NCBI RefSeq assembly: GCF_018977255.1
Contig: NW_024704742.1
Coordinates: forward strand, 93,188,001 to 93,252,000
Direction of reading: 5' to 3'
Length of the DNA stretch: 64,000 bases
Source of the DNA: Callorhinchus milii
Taxonomy: Eukaryota
Shown one piece after another: positions 49,201 to 62,170 of this stretch (the first letter of the stretch is position 1; each line of letters starts with the position of its first letter). Both the position numbers and the translations under genes were made by a program. The notes below the pieces were generated by a model, which made no database searches, had not been told where the DNA came from, and saw nothing but the letters and a program-made list of their open reading frames with translations.

Positions 49201-50544
49201 ACTGGCAAGTTACATGGTATTTTTTCAGCTGAGGCCACCATTTGGTGTTTGTGGCCCAAAGGGTTGGGTTGGAGTCTACCCCTACTAGGTTGTATTGGAG
49301 GGCTAGTCAACTATGGATCAGGATTACTGCACCCAAATGTAGCCAGACATGTCTCTTTAAATAAAAAAAAATTAAAAATTCAACAAAAGAGACTTTCCTT
49401 ATTATCGTTCTTGATTTCTACGTACGTTTATTTTCAGAAATTATATTCATTTCACTTTATTTTTTCTGAAGTGTTGAGTGGACTCTCTGGATTTCAAACC
49501 TTGAAAGAATTGCCTTGTCTCAAGTCTCGTGCAACCCAACTGATCGTAATGGGTTGTGGATGAGCATTCCTGAACAATTCAATTTAATAGTGTAGATGTG
49601 TATAGGTTCAGCATAGTTGAGTTCCTGAATAGACCCCTAATCTGACAGCTTTGTTGAGACCATGGGTGCCCTGTGGTAATGTGGCCATTTTGCACTTTTT
49701 TCTAAAAAAAAAACAATGATCTGGCCAACTTCCAAATTGTCTGTTCCAGCACGCAGGAGGTTACAGCAACAACCTGAGCACCTGGAAATTATTTATTTTT
49801 AGTGCAGGGAGCCAGCTGCATCCTAAGGCGCCTGATGTGGCCTTCTCGACCTGTTTATAAAGCTGGTTGGGATTTTATGAACTCCCCAAACTGCTGCATT
49901 ATAACTAAATTAGGCTCTACAGTAGTATTAATATTCATTGGAAAATTTGCTGCTGCAAGATGATGGCTCCAAAATAGTTCGCTAACTACAGCAACAACTT
50001 GTAGTTATATAGTGCCCCTCATGCAGGGTAATGTCCCAGAGCGCTTGGGTGGGTGGGGGAGGGGTAGAGAAAAGAGAAAGAATAGAAAAGATGATTAATG
50101 TAACTTCTATCACTCTCCTTCGCCTGGTGATCTGATATGCTGACTCTGGTAGAGGAAGTTTGCATCTAGTCTTAAAGAGCTACTAATAATTGATGAGGTG
50201 GACCTATAAACCAAACATTGACTGACCTTCTTGATCAATAACCTGCTGCTTTGAAAACTCTGTGGCTTTGGCTGAGGACAGGTTTGGTTTTGACTGTTGT
50301 ATCCTGTTTTCTCCCACTTGCCCTTTAAATCCAATAGCAGACTGATGCTCTGATGCTGTATATTAGACTCAGACATGATGATATCCTTCTCGCACTGGAT
50401 TTTTTTCAGTACCGTAACTGGATATTGTAATTCATCACAAAATGTACCATTTCAAAATTATAACAAATCCTGTACAAAGAGCTCATTGTTGGGTATAAAA
50501 CACTTCAAAATGCATTGTAATTAATAGTACATTTTGTTTTTCAG

Positions 50545-50640
50545 CAACAAGGAATTGGACGGCCTAGTGTTTATCATGCAGTGGTCGTCATCTTTCTGGA
50601 ATTCTTTGCCTGGGGACTGTTAACCACTCCAATGCTGACA
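50545..50640 (+). CDS. MFSD14B: MFSD14-family exon 2: QQGIGRPSVYHAVVVIFLEFFAWGLLTTPMLT (first TM helix)
   Basis: Acceptor ttttgtttttcag, donor gtaagt, 96 nt, phase 0 to 0; GRPSVYHA and TTPMLT resemble MFSD14B (HIATL1) as I recall it. Confidence 0.92.
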
Positions 50641-53600
50641 GTAAGTACAGGACAGCATATTTTAGAGTAAGTCTGCAATAGATTTGCTGCATCAAGACAT
50701 CTGGTGCAACCACTGAAATAGCTGACTTGTTTGTTGTAAGGATCATCCTGTCAAAAAGGCCTGACCACTGTGGTATCTTTGAACTAAAACCCACCTGCTG
50801 CTTACTGAGGGGCATGCCTTTGTATCTCAACACTTTGTCTCTATATAAATCTGGCGATTCAAATGGCTGTTAGGGTAGATAATGGCAAGAAAGCCAATGG
50901 AGTTTTTTTTTGTCCATGTTCTCTAATAACGCTGTCTTCTGATACTTTTATAAATTTTTTAAAAAAGTCTTATGTTGCAAATTCAGAGTAATTACATCTT
51001 AAAGTAACTGGGTTACAGCAGCTGTAGAACCTTTATTCTACACGATTCTTTATTTGTGACCCTGAATGTTCTTTATTTTAAAAATGAAGTTTGAAAGGAT
51101 TGAGAATAATGCAATAATAACAGCTGCATTGCCTCTCCTACTGACTACAGGCTTGGCAATTACACAAACAAAGCTCTGGGTTTTATTTCTTGATGCTGCT
51201 ACAGTGCTCTGTTATGAGTTGCATCTTGTCTCAAGAACCCAGCAAGTTCAAACCAGGTGGTACTCCCTTCTAAAAGTATTTTGACATTTTTCTTTCTTAC
51301 TTTCTAACCAATACACTTACTGTATTTGGAAGGTCAGGACATGTATGGATCATTCTACGTATACGTGTATGCTAATGTGTGATTGTGCCATGCATTGAGC
51401 AGCCAGTGAAGTGGTATATTCTTCTGTGCAGGTGCTTTGTTGTAGGTGTATCTTTCCTCATCCCAGATGAATTGCTATTGAAAATCATTCCTGAGGCTCA
51501 TTTTCATGCAAAAATCAACAACAACAACATTTGAATGCTACCTGAGTCTTGTTCGTTTTTGATCTGATCATCTTTGTGTGGGGTCTGATGTGGTCCATAG
51601 CGGTTTCTCGTCCTACACCTTTTTTTGAGAATATGGTTAATGAGAACCACACAAGTGATAGTAATAGAAATGTGTGAACCCCAAAACATCACCTGCCTTT
51701 GTCCCATCTCGCCCGCAATGCAGGTGAAACCTTCATTTATTCCTTTCTTACCTTCATACTTCATTTTTGGAATGGTCTTGATATTAGCTTGTGTCTTAAT
51801 CTTTACTTTTAGATTTTCCTAAATTATCTTTCTCCATATATTCTAGCTTATCTAGACCTCTGCAACCATATTCTCAAACCAGGCTTTGTGCGCCAATTGC
51901 ACCTCCTCCCCAACCCCCCCCCCTTCCCCATTCCTTCCCTGGCTCCCATTTTTCCCAGAGGAATCAACTTCACACTTGTTCTGACTTCAGGCCTGCTCTC
52001 TCATCCATTTCTGCTGCACAAATTCTGACCCGCTGCACATCTCCCACCCCCTCTACTCAATACAAATTTACATTTATAAGGCGCCTTTCACATCAGAGGG
52101 ACTTCCCAAAGTTTGACATCCCTATGCTAATAACATTATGAGCCATCATGTTTCCACTCCTGGAATCTTCCACAATCCCTCTACTTCACCCCCTCCCCAA
52201 CCACCTTGAAAAAGCTACCTCTTTGATCATACCTTCGGTCAATTCCTTCTCCCTCCCTTCCTAATCCACATTGTCTCTCTAATGTGCTTTGAGTTCAACT
52301 ACTGAGTGAAAGGTACTCTGTAAGTGCAAGTTATGTGTTGATTCCCCGTTCTTTTGGGGGACTTCCTGCTAGCAGGCTGACCTCTGAGGAGTTGGGATTG
52401 AAGCTCTGAATGTTTTGTGCACGGAGAATCTTTCTTGTTAGTTATTGTTAGTCTTTTTGTAAAAGGATGGGTTAGCTAGCTCCTGTCAGCAGCACATTAG
52501 TGAGATCCACCTCTTGTGTATATTCTTGGAATGCCTTCTTCAAGTTGATCAGGAAATCTTTTAATAAAATCTAACTGGAAATGTGCACCAGGTGAATAAA
52601 AATGATAGATAAATGAGCCCACCTGAAATAACCTCATGATAAATAAATTAACCTGAAATAACCTCTTTCAGGTGATTTTTTTTTCCTCCATCTGTTTTTT
52701 TGTGAGAATATTAATTAAAATCTTGCCTGGGGTATTTACCTTAGCTTCATAATTGTTATTTTTAAACTTGATCCTGATGAAACAACTACAATTTATCTTC
52801 CTTCATTCCACACATTCCAGAACCACAGTTAGCAACAGTACTAAATATTTCAGTCTTCACTATGAGCTTGTAGTTCATGACTTAAGAAAATAAATGGTTA
52901 GGAGAATATAGATGTTCAGGCACGTTGGAATGAATTCTTCAATTGGTAAGGTGGTTGCTCACAGCACTAGATTTTTGCTTCTTTCAAACCTTCTACCAGG
53001 TGACATTGTTCCATAATCTTTTTTATATCCGTCATCCCATTTTTGGTGTACAAAAAATACAATTAAGTCGCCAAACTAGGAAACCTTACCAACCAGAGCA
53101 GATTTCTGGGCTAAATCTCATGTATTTTGTTTACAGATTAGTTGAGGTTGAACGCAAGGCCTAAATTATTAAAAATCAGGACTATTTACAAGTGAAAAAA
53201 ATAGTTCTTTTTAGCTATTTATAGTCCTTTACACATACTTTGTAATAACTTCTAAATTCAGAATTTGAGTTCTGCATAACTGAATTTGTGCAAGAAAACT
53301 ATGCAATATGGAAGCTAAAGCTGTGTTTAACCTAAATATTAGAAAAATTCTGAGCTAGCGTTTGGTTAAACCCACTTATTATTGTTTTGATATTGTTTGC
53401 TCAACAGACAATTTGAGTGTATCACTTGCGTCAAACAACATTACATGGAGATGGATATCTTGAGGTCATTGTACAAATGTCATCAAGAGGCCCATGTGCA
53501 AACCAACATAGCGGAGACTCTATTTGCAAAATACATCCTTGCCAAATGGTGGCAGATTTACACAAAAAACTAATTTCTATTGTCATTTAATAAGAGCATC

Positions 53601-55111
53601 ACCAAAATAACTTGGTCCTGCTATGCATTCCTCATCCCACCATTGGCAGCTGAGCATTTAGCTTCTCTGGCCCCACTTCCTCTCAAGAAAACCGGCCTCT
53701 TCAACCATGCCCATGATCACCACTTTTTCCCCCCTTTCTGTTTGGTGTTCATCACCATCTCTGTAAATGTTTCGGGACATTGCCCTATGTAAAGGACACT
53801 GTATGAATGCAAGCTGTAGTATTAATACCGAACTTTTGAGATTTGATTAAAAAGATGCAAAGTTGGACATTAATATCCCAATAGTTCAAGTAAAACAGGC
53901 TCAATCGTATAATTACTAGTTTGCCAGTGTTACAAGAAAATAAAACTCCAGATGCATTTATTTTTTTGCAATTGATTATGGTGCAAGCTGAGGCCAAATT
54001 TCTGTTATGTTGTGAATGGTGGGAAGGGATGAGTATGCAGATATGGGAGACTCCCTTCAGTGGCAGCGATTAACCCTGAACCAGCTTTCAAGGCAAGTTA
54101 AGGGACAAGGTACTTTCTCTTTCCTATTCCCATCCCAAAACAAAACTGCCTCTGTATTTAGCTAAAGGAATCCTTTAATCGCTTGGATCGTTAGCATTTT
54201 GAGAGTAACCATCTGTTTCCTGTACAAATACATGTCTGGCTTTGAGTGTGCAATTCACTCGCCCTTTAACTTCCCCTTTCGATGCTTCTTTCCAATACAA
54301 CCACAATTTTTGAATGACAAATTGCTTTGTTATGTTACCTTGTCACTCTGTGTTTTCATCCTAATAGGGATTGAATAATGCCATTTAATAGTAGAAATTC
54401 CTCAAATGTTGAATAGGAATTACCTGGATGTGTTGAAGGTGGATATCTGACTGTATTCAATGTGGATATCTGAACCCTGGTTGTGTTTTTGACTTGTGGC
54501 GCACTGCTTTTGTTTGCCAGTTAGTGGGATTGCAGCTTTTTGTTAAACAAAACACTTAAGAGTAAGGAGCAATCTCACTAACCAGCAGCTAAATGTGGAC
54601 CACAGCCTCACAATGATGTTTAGGATTGAGGGTTTTTTTTTATTTGGGGAACAGATAAATGGGATTTTGCCTCTGGATTTGGTCAATTCCCACTTGATAC
54701 TCAGGTGCCCAGCTAGCATTGTTGACTTCTTTGAGACGTTCTCCTGCTGTAAAGGCACTATGTAAATAGCATTGAACCCTGGTAAAACTTGACCGAGCAC
54801 AAGGCCTGCCCATCATTTGCAAAGTAAATTTCATGAAGCCTCTATTCTCATTGTTTGACTTTGAAACATCCTGCTTATGTGTGTGGGGAGAAATCGCTTC
54901 AAAGAATGTGTACTTGTCCTCTGTTACCCATAGCTGATCTTCAGGTGACTGGGGATGCCCAGCTGCAGTAAAAAAAATCAAATTTCATCTGTTGTGGTTT
55001 GGCCAGAGTATTGCGCCAGGTACAATTCAGAGTAGTGATTAAAGGCTAGAAGTTGTATTGGCAAACGCTTCCCTGGTCACAGAACAACTTGTGTTTAAGC
55101 TTTGCTTATCC

Positions 55112-55350
55112 AGCAAAATACAAAATACTGCAGATGCTGGAAATCTGAAACAAAAGCAGAAGTCACTGGGAACACTCAGCAGGTCAGGCAGCATCTATGG
55201 AGAGAGGAAAATGAGTCAACATTTCGGATCCACGACCCTTTGTCAGAACTGCTCTGGCGAAGGGTCGTGGATCTGAAAAGTTGACTCACTTCCGTTCCCC
55301 ATAGATGCTGCCTGACCTGCGGAGTGTTCCCAGCGACTTCTGCTTTTGTT
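55112..55350. mobile_element. Hairpin-forming interspersed element flanked by a direct repeat (candidate TSD); a partial relative lies at ~24860-24980
   Basis: Arms 55149-55247 and 55253-55350 are near-perfect reverse complements; ttgcttatcc(a/g)gca occurs at 55102 and 55349. Confidence 0.8.
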
Positions 55351-57797
55351 GCTTATCCGGCATTGGTTATGTGCCAACTCTTCTGGTTTAATTTTTCCTC
55401 CCTCCAGGAAGTCCATGCTTCCGCTAGCCTGATGATTTGGGAACTTGAAAGGAACAAATCTTGGCCTTTAAGTTTATCCGTGGAATTGTTTTTCTTTGGC
55501 AGGAGACCAGGCTCCTTGGCATTCATTTCGTTTTCCTTTTACCCCTTGCTCTTCCCCCCCACCATGCCTATCTACATACCTTGACACTCTTCACACAGAA
55601 ATAAAGCAGAGATTGTGCCCTGCTGGGTGCAGATCACAACTGTGTAATGTGCTACTGTGCCATCAATTGTTCCAGCGTTCAGTGCCATAAACTATCTGAG
55701 TGACTTGTAGGGCTCGATAGCCCACAGATTAGACAGGACTAAGTCAACCGATCTCAACAGGGGCGCAGTTGGGACATTACAGTTGACTTTGGTGACCCTG
55801 GGACCACGGCTTATGCTCCTGATGATTATTTTCTAATTACGGTTCAATAATTCATGACTTGAATGAATAGGAGTCATCTCAGTAACCAACAATCTAACTA
55901 GTACATTATAAAGGAAAGTTAACCTCTTCACCAGTGTTGATGACCACAGAACTTTAACCTACCTCAACAGTGAGCATCACAAATTGGTGACTTAGAGGTC
56001 AATGTGTTAAATCTTCCATCTTGCTCATAATGAGAATGAAATCTAGTTGCGTTTTCCAGGTTGATATTTGAATACTTTGCTATGCATCATCTCAAAATAT
56101 ACAAAGTAGTTTTGCTATGTAGTTTGTAACTATGAATTTCTCTGCAGTCAAATTCCCACAGGTAACTTTATAACGCCCTATTCAGCGTTGTGGTTGTGCT
56201 ATCCCAATGTCCGTTTTTATAATCTTTATTGTTTGGCAAGCTGAAATGGAACTTGTTTCAAGTCTCATTGTTTTATACAAGGAAATCCTCTATTTCTTGC
56301 AATTGTGCCCCTCGCCTCCCCCATAATAATTCAGCAGTGTAAATTCTGCTTAAAGAAAGTGATTTATAGATGTGCAGAATGTGTGTTATGGATCAATGTT
56401 CCATTTAAAAATTTCAATGAAGTTGACTAACTAGAAGCAATTTGGGCAGAAGTGAATTATGTTAATATGAGTGGTTTACATAAGTTTTTCTTTTCTCTCT
56501 CTACCCCTCACTCTTTCACTCCACTGAAATACATGAGTGCTGGGTGAATTGCAAGTAGCTGTTTTCTTGTTCCACATTCCTTTTATGAGAATTTGTGGGT
56601 GGGCAGAAATCATTTTGGAGGAGCTTACCCAGCAAACAATGTAGTTCTAGTGGATCTGGTGAGAAGAAAACGGTATTCTGCTTTTAATGGCAGTGGAAAG
56701 TTGTACAGCAGGTTTACAGTCTTTCATCCATAACCCTTTCTGAGGGTTGAATGACAAGACTTTACAATAAAACCAGTCCAGACCTGCAGCTGGCAGGTGT
56801 GAAGACTAGATGAGAGAGCACTGACTGAGCAGATGGTTCACAAATGTAAAGTAACTATAATTTACAAATGTTGCAGCTTTAACGTTTTTTAAAAAGCCTA
56901 CAGCTCATGACTGGCAGCTGTTTTGGAGGACATGGCTTTTCCAGGAGGAAGCGTCTAATATGGTTTTAGATGCCAATTTTGTAATGCAACTAGTAGCAAC
57001 CGTAAAAGGTATGCACTGATCACTTATTATTATAATAATCCTTGCATTTGATATAGCTCCTATTCCCGTCTTCGAGACGTCTCAAAGCACTTCACGGAAT
57101 ATACTGTAAAGTGAGTTGACTATTTTGTGGGCAAAAGGGGAAAGGATGTAAACTACAGTCGAAAATTGCAGGATGGGATTATGAATTGGAACAAAATACT
57201 GGAGTTGGGGAATTTAATGTTGTTGAGGCAAGATGGCACTTTTACTGTTTTTATTTTTTTTATTTCCTCAGTTCCCCCCATCACCACCACACACACACAT
57301 TCTAATCATCTGACCTGACGTTTATTGGAAGGATAGAGTTTCAAAAACACCAAAGTAAATTTTTGGCTTGTGTACGTGAAGTGTAACGATGGTTATAAAT
57401 TGGTATCTGCTTGTAATAATCCAGTACAGGTTACCAGAAGTTCCAAGACATTAGCTGAGAGCCAGCTGAGTCTAGCTTGATTAAGATTGTTGGCTAAGTG
57501 AAGGGATGATCAGTGGGTGACCGCCTTAATAAATATAATAGTGCACTAATAGTGCACTAACCTCTATAGAAATAAGAAATACCGTACTATATATTTTATA
57601 AAAATGAGGTGGCTGCCACAAACCGTAAAAGGGTATCGCTAATAAATGTTTAACTACTCTCTGTTGAAACTCACCATATAATCAATTGATTGCACAAAAA
57701 GTTAATTGTTGATTATTTATGACACTTTTTCTGTAAATCTAACATGCTACGTGCGGATTCACTGAACCCATTTTTCATGTTTTTTTTTCCTTCACAG

Positions 57798-57860
57798 GTT
57801 CTGCGTGAAACGTTTCCTAAACATACATTTTTAATGAATGGTCTTATTCAAGGAGTAAAG
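57798..57860 (+). CDS. MFSD14B: MFSD14-family exon 3: VLRETFPKHTFLMNGLIQGVK; gene continues past the window end
   Basis: Strong polypyrimidine acceptor ttttccttcacag, donor gtaagt, 63 nt, phase 0 to 0; near-invariant family motif HTFLMNGLIQGVK. Confidence 0.93.
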
Positions 57861-58099
57861 GTAAGTTGGTTTTGTAGAAATAAGCCGCGTAACTACTGTA
57901 GTTCTGATTGGTCCAGCAATCTGGTTTAAAGATAACTATTTGTGATATTGCATATAATGTGGGTCTCATTTTCAAAACTTCTCTCATCAAGGGTGAGTTC
58001 TGAATTTCTTTTCATTTTTTATATTAAGGCAATTGACAGATTGAGCAATAAATCTGCAGAGGTGAACTTCAGAGCTCAAACTGGACACCACCTCTATTG

Positions 58100-58495
58100 C
58101 TATATAAAATAGTGTTTTAACCAGAGGCTAGGTGGATTGGGGTTATATTTCTTAGAGCAGGGTGACATGATTGAGGTATTTAAAATAATGAGAGAAATTG
58201 GAAGGCTCTTCCCTTTAGTAGAGGGATCCACAAGGGGACACGGCTTTAAAGTCAGAACCCAGACAGCTAAAATTGAGGTCAGGAAGCATTTCTTCACATA
58301 GAGAGTTGAAGATGCGGAATGCTCTGTCCCAGAAAATTGTAGAGATAGAATCAATGGAGCTATTTATAGAGAGCGACATACTGGGGTAGTAGAGAAATGA
58401 AGGTGAATGGAGGATTAAAAGATCTGATGAGATCTAATAAACTAGTAGAACAGGCTCAATGAGTTGAATGGTCACGTCTGTTCCTTATGTTCCTA
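58100..58495 (+). mobile_element. CR1 LINE 3' fragment
   Basis: Degenerate GDMIEVFKIM...TRGH...RKHFFT.RV coding; ends gttccttatgttcct. Confidence 0.75.
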
Positions 58496-61400
58496 ACTGT
58501 TACGATGAGAGGTTTTGATCCTTGCAAAAAAAAATGAACTGAGTACTTTGCATTTCGATCCTTTATTTAGAGAGTTTAAGCAACGAGTGGTGTAAACTTT
58601 TCTCTCGTGTTTTATTATGGAAATAATGGAAATTATGGAAATAATAAAACATTTTTATATTTATAGTGGTAAACTTATGGAACAGATTCCCTGGGGAGAT
58701 AGTGTAAGCACAAAATGTTGTTTGTTTCAAGAACAAATTAATAGATTTCTGCTAGAAAATAATATCTCGGCATACAGTATATAGTTTGGGACACAAGATG
58801 TCAAGCGACTACCAGGATGGTGGAAGGCGAACTAGGTGGACCTTGGTCTTCTTTTGCCTAACAAATTCTTATGTTGTTCTTATTATGGGCTGATCAATTT
58901 TGAAGACATTTGTTTGTCCTGGGCTACAGTTCTGTTGATGACTGCTGCCCTCCTGTAACTTGCTTAAGTATCCATTCTTCATATTGGAGGCCAGATTGCC
59001 AGAAGACTGCTGAGGTTGATCCTGCCCTCAACTGCCCATATTCGCATTTTCTAACAGAGTTCAATGGGGAACAAGGAACTTTGGCTATTTTATTTTACCA
59101 TACATCTGTAATACCTCTCGTCTCTCCATGTCTAACTTGGAAATCAGCAATAACATGCAACTGTTTTAAGGAAGTAATTTGATGTTCTCAGATGAAATCT
59201 GATTTGTGCTTAAAGAGCTGAAAACTCATTCCACCCTTCTCGAATAGTTTTTTTAATGGTTTCAATTCAAATCTCTGTTCATTTTTGTAATATGCAATAT
59301 GGGCTTCAATTTGTCAGCATTGACTTGACGGTGACGGTAACCATTTGAGAACTCTTTATATCTCATTCTTCCATTAGGATTTGTCCTAATGTATGAACCC
59401 ATCATAACTTAATCATTGGTGCATGCATACTTAATGATGGCACTAACAGTGAGGTATTTGTACAAATTTAGAATCTTTAGTAATACTTAAATATTAAAGA
59501 ATTGAAGCGTAGCATAATGGTAGATGACTTTTGAACTGAGGAACAACAGATTGGTTCGTTGAGGCAGTGCAAATTGCTCCATTATTTCAATTCCATTTTA
59601 AGATCTTGATGGTACTTTTTTTAATGTGGAGCATAGAATTATGGAAAAGATTTAACTCTTCAAACATTGTTTTAAATATTCTGGTGTTCACTTAAATAAT
59701 TAGCTGTAATGAAGCTTTTATTTAACTGTTAATTCTTTCAGTAACAATGTTGACCTTGTGTCCCTCTTCCTTTTTTGGGGGTGGGGGGGTACGTGTTTTT
59801 TTTAACTATTTTCTGTGTGGTGGCAGTATGCATCTTGTTGAGTGGTGAGTACCTGGAAAAAAAAGCGAAAACAAATGGTTTTCCTCTCAATCGGCTTCAG
59901 ATTTCCATTTATGCATGGAACTGACTAGCTGAATGGACAGATGGTGCAAAGATAGTTACTTGCCTCATGGCAGATGAGTAGTTGCATGAGAGTACCACCT
60001 TTTGCCATCTTTCAATCCCCGTGCCTCTTGTTGGGATACAGTTACATGGCTGCCACCCATCAGTACATCACTTTGTAACTCCAGAAGGTGAATGTTGGCA
60101 ACTACTGGACCAGGAAGAGCATTGAAGCACATCCTGTTCTTGCCCGATAATGCAATCCCTCTAGCAGTACGAGTTAGTGATCAAATGTAGAGATTCAGGC
60201 TGATCATTTTTTTTCTCTTTCTAACACAAACCAATGGAAGTACTCCTGGCTACAACAGCTGGCTCAGATTGGGAATTGTTCCAACTTAACTGAAATCATT
60301 CAAGTCAATTTAGAACTACAGTTCAAACCAATTTAAGTCGACTTGTCAGAACTAAAATTTTGAATAGGCCACCTTCAGTCATGCTGATCCATAGTTGGAT
60401 CTATCAATATGAGTGCGTTCTCATGGCTAAGAGATTGTCAGGTAATTTTAATTTGCATACATTCTAGTAACACTATTCTTTATTGTGATACTCTTGAAAT
60501 CCTATCAAGTGCTTTTTACATGAAATGTTACACAGGGTAAAAGGTAAACATCCAAGATTTACACACAATAGGACACGGGTTTTATAAGGAATCCTTTGCT
60601 ACCTATTGGTTCTTTTTGTAAGGCAACATTTTATTTCTATATTACAGCTTTTACAGTAGTATTCTGCATCTTAAACTCCTTTTTATAGTGGCAGTATGTG
60701 AACTATTCTGACAGATTTTGTGTCCTTCAGATTTTGAGTGAGCATCGAGTGAATTTCTGCCTTCTGTATATTGTGAGATTGAGGCTTAATATGCCCTGAC
60801 ACTGCAGTGGGTTGGTGCTGAAAATGTTCAGTATTTTCTATTGAGTTACTTTACACACAATCCTGTGGAATAACTGAACAATAAAATCTTTGTCTGTGCA
60901 TATTTAACTGGTGGTAACATTCAACAAGCAGTAACTAGTGTTTCCAATAAACATGGCTTATTCAGCGCATTGGGACATCCTCCCGACGTGAAAGCCGCTA
61001 TACAAAGGTAATTTGTTGTTGTATTGGACATCCTATTGCAGTTTTGAATTCTAAACGCCAGTTTTCATTGGTGTCTTATCCTGTCTGTCTTACCTTTATA
61101 GGATTTTACCCAAACCCCTTTAATGCCTCAGAAGTCGTAGGTATTCTCAACTGTAAATGATGGGACTTCGATAGTAATGAGCCAAAAGATACAAATGACA
61201 CTGCTAGTGGTATAATTATAGTTGGCTCTTAGACATATTGGTTGTCAATTTTCTGGGAGATATTTTAATCCTGTAACTGGGTATGAACTGCAGGATTGAT
61301 TGTTTTTTTTAAGTGAACCGAAAGGTGTCCTTAACTTGCTTCAATCGAAATGATCAGTTTCGATAACTGTGGCTACAGTACTGCAGGCACACAAGTGAGA

Positions 61401-61604
61401 CGTCTCCCCTAACATCTGGCCAGCTCCCAACTTGACATATATATGTAAGCGTGCTTTAGTTAGATACTGACATCATTTTCAGCTTTGTCAGCCAAATAAG
61501 GGAGGAAGTGTGTGTAATTTAGCTGTAGTATTCTTCCACAGATAGTTGGTCACCATGCTGTATGGTAATTTACCCGTGCAGCACTTTTGAGACATTGACA
61601 TTAT

Positions 61605-62170
61605 ACATTAGAATACAATCAGAATATACAGCACAAAAACATTTGGCCCAACTGGTCTACCCTGGTGTTTATGCACCACATGAGCCTCCTCCTGTACTTC
61701 CTCAACTAAGCCTTCAAGCATAACCTTCTATTCCTTTCTCCCTCATGTACCTATCTAGCTTTCCCTTAAATATATCTATGCTATTTGCTCAACAACTCCT
61801 TGTGGTAGCATGTTCTACATTCCCTCTACTCTCTGTGTGAAAACATTTCTTCTAACTTCCCTATTTGATCTATTTGTGACTATTTTATATTGATGGCACC
61901 TGGTTTTGGTCTCCCCCACAAGTGGAAACACCTTCCCTATGTCTACCCTATCAAAACCTTTCATCTTTTTAAAGACCTCTATCAGGTCACCCCTTACCCT
62001 CTTCTCATGAGAAAAGAGTCCAAGCATGCTCAGCCTTTCCTGATAGGTATAACCTCTCAGTTCTGGGATCATCCTTGTAAATCTCTTTGCACCCTCTCCA
62101 GAGCCTCTACATCCCTTCTATAATGTGGGGACCAAAACTGCACACTAAGTGTGGTCTAACCAAGGTTCTA
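61605..62170 (-). mobile_element. CR1 LINE 3' fragment
   Basis: ORF 61815..62072: RGDLIEVFKKMKGFDRVD...RRNVFTQRV, the CR1 ORF2 C-terminus. Confidence 0.88.
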
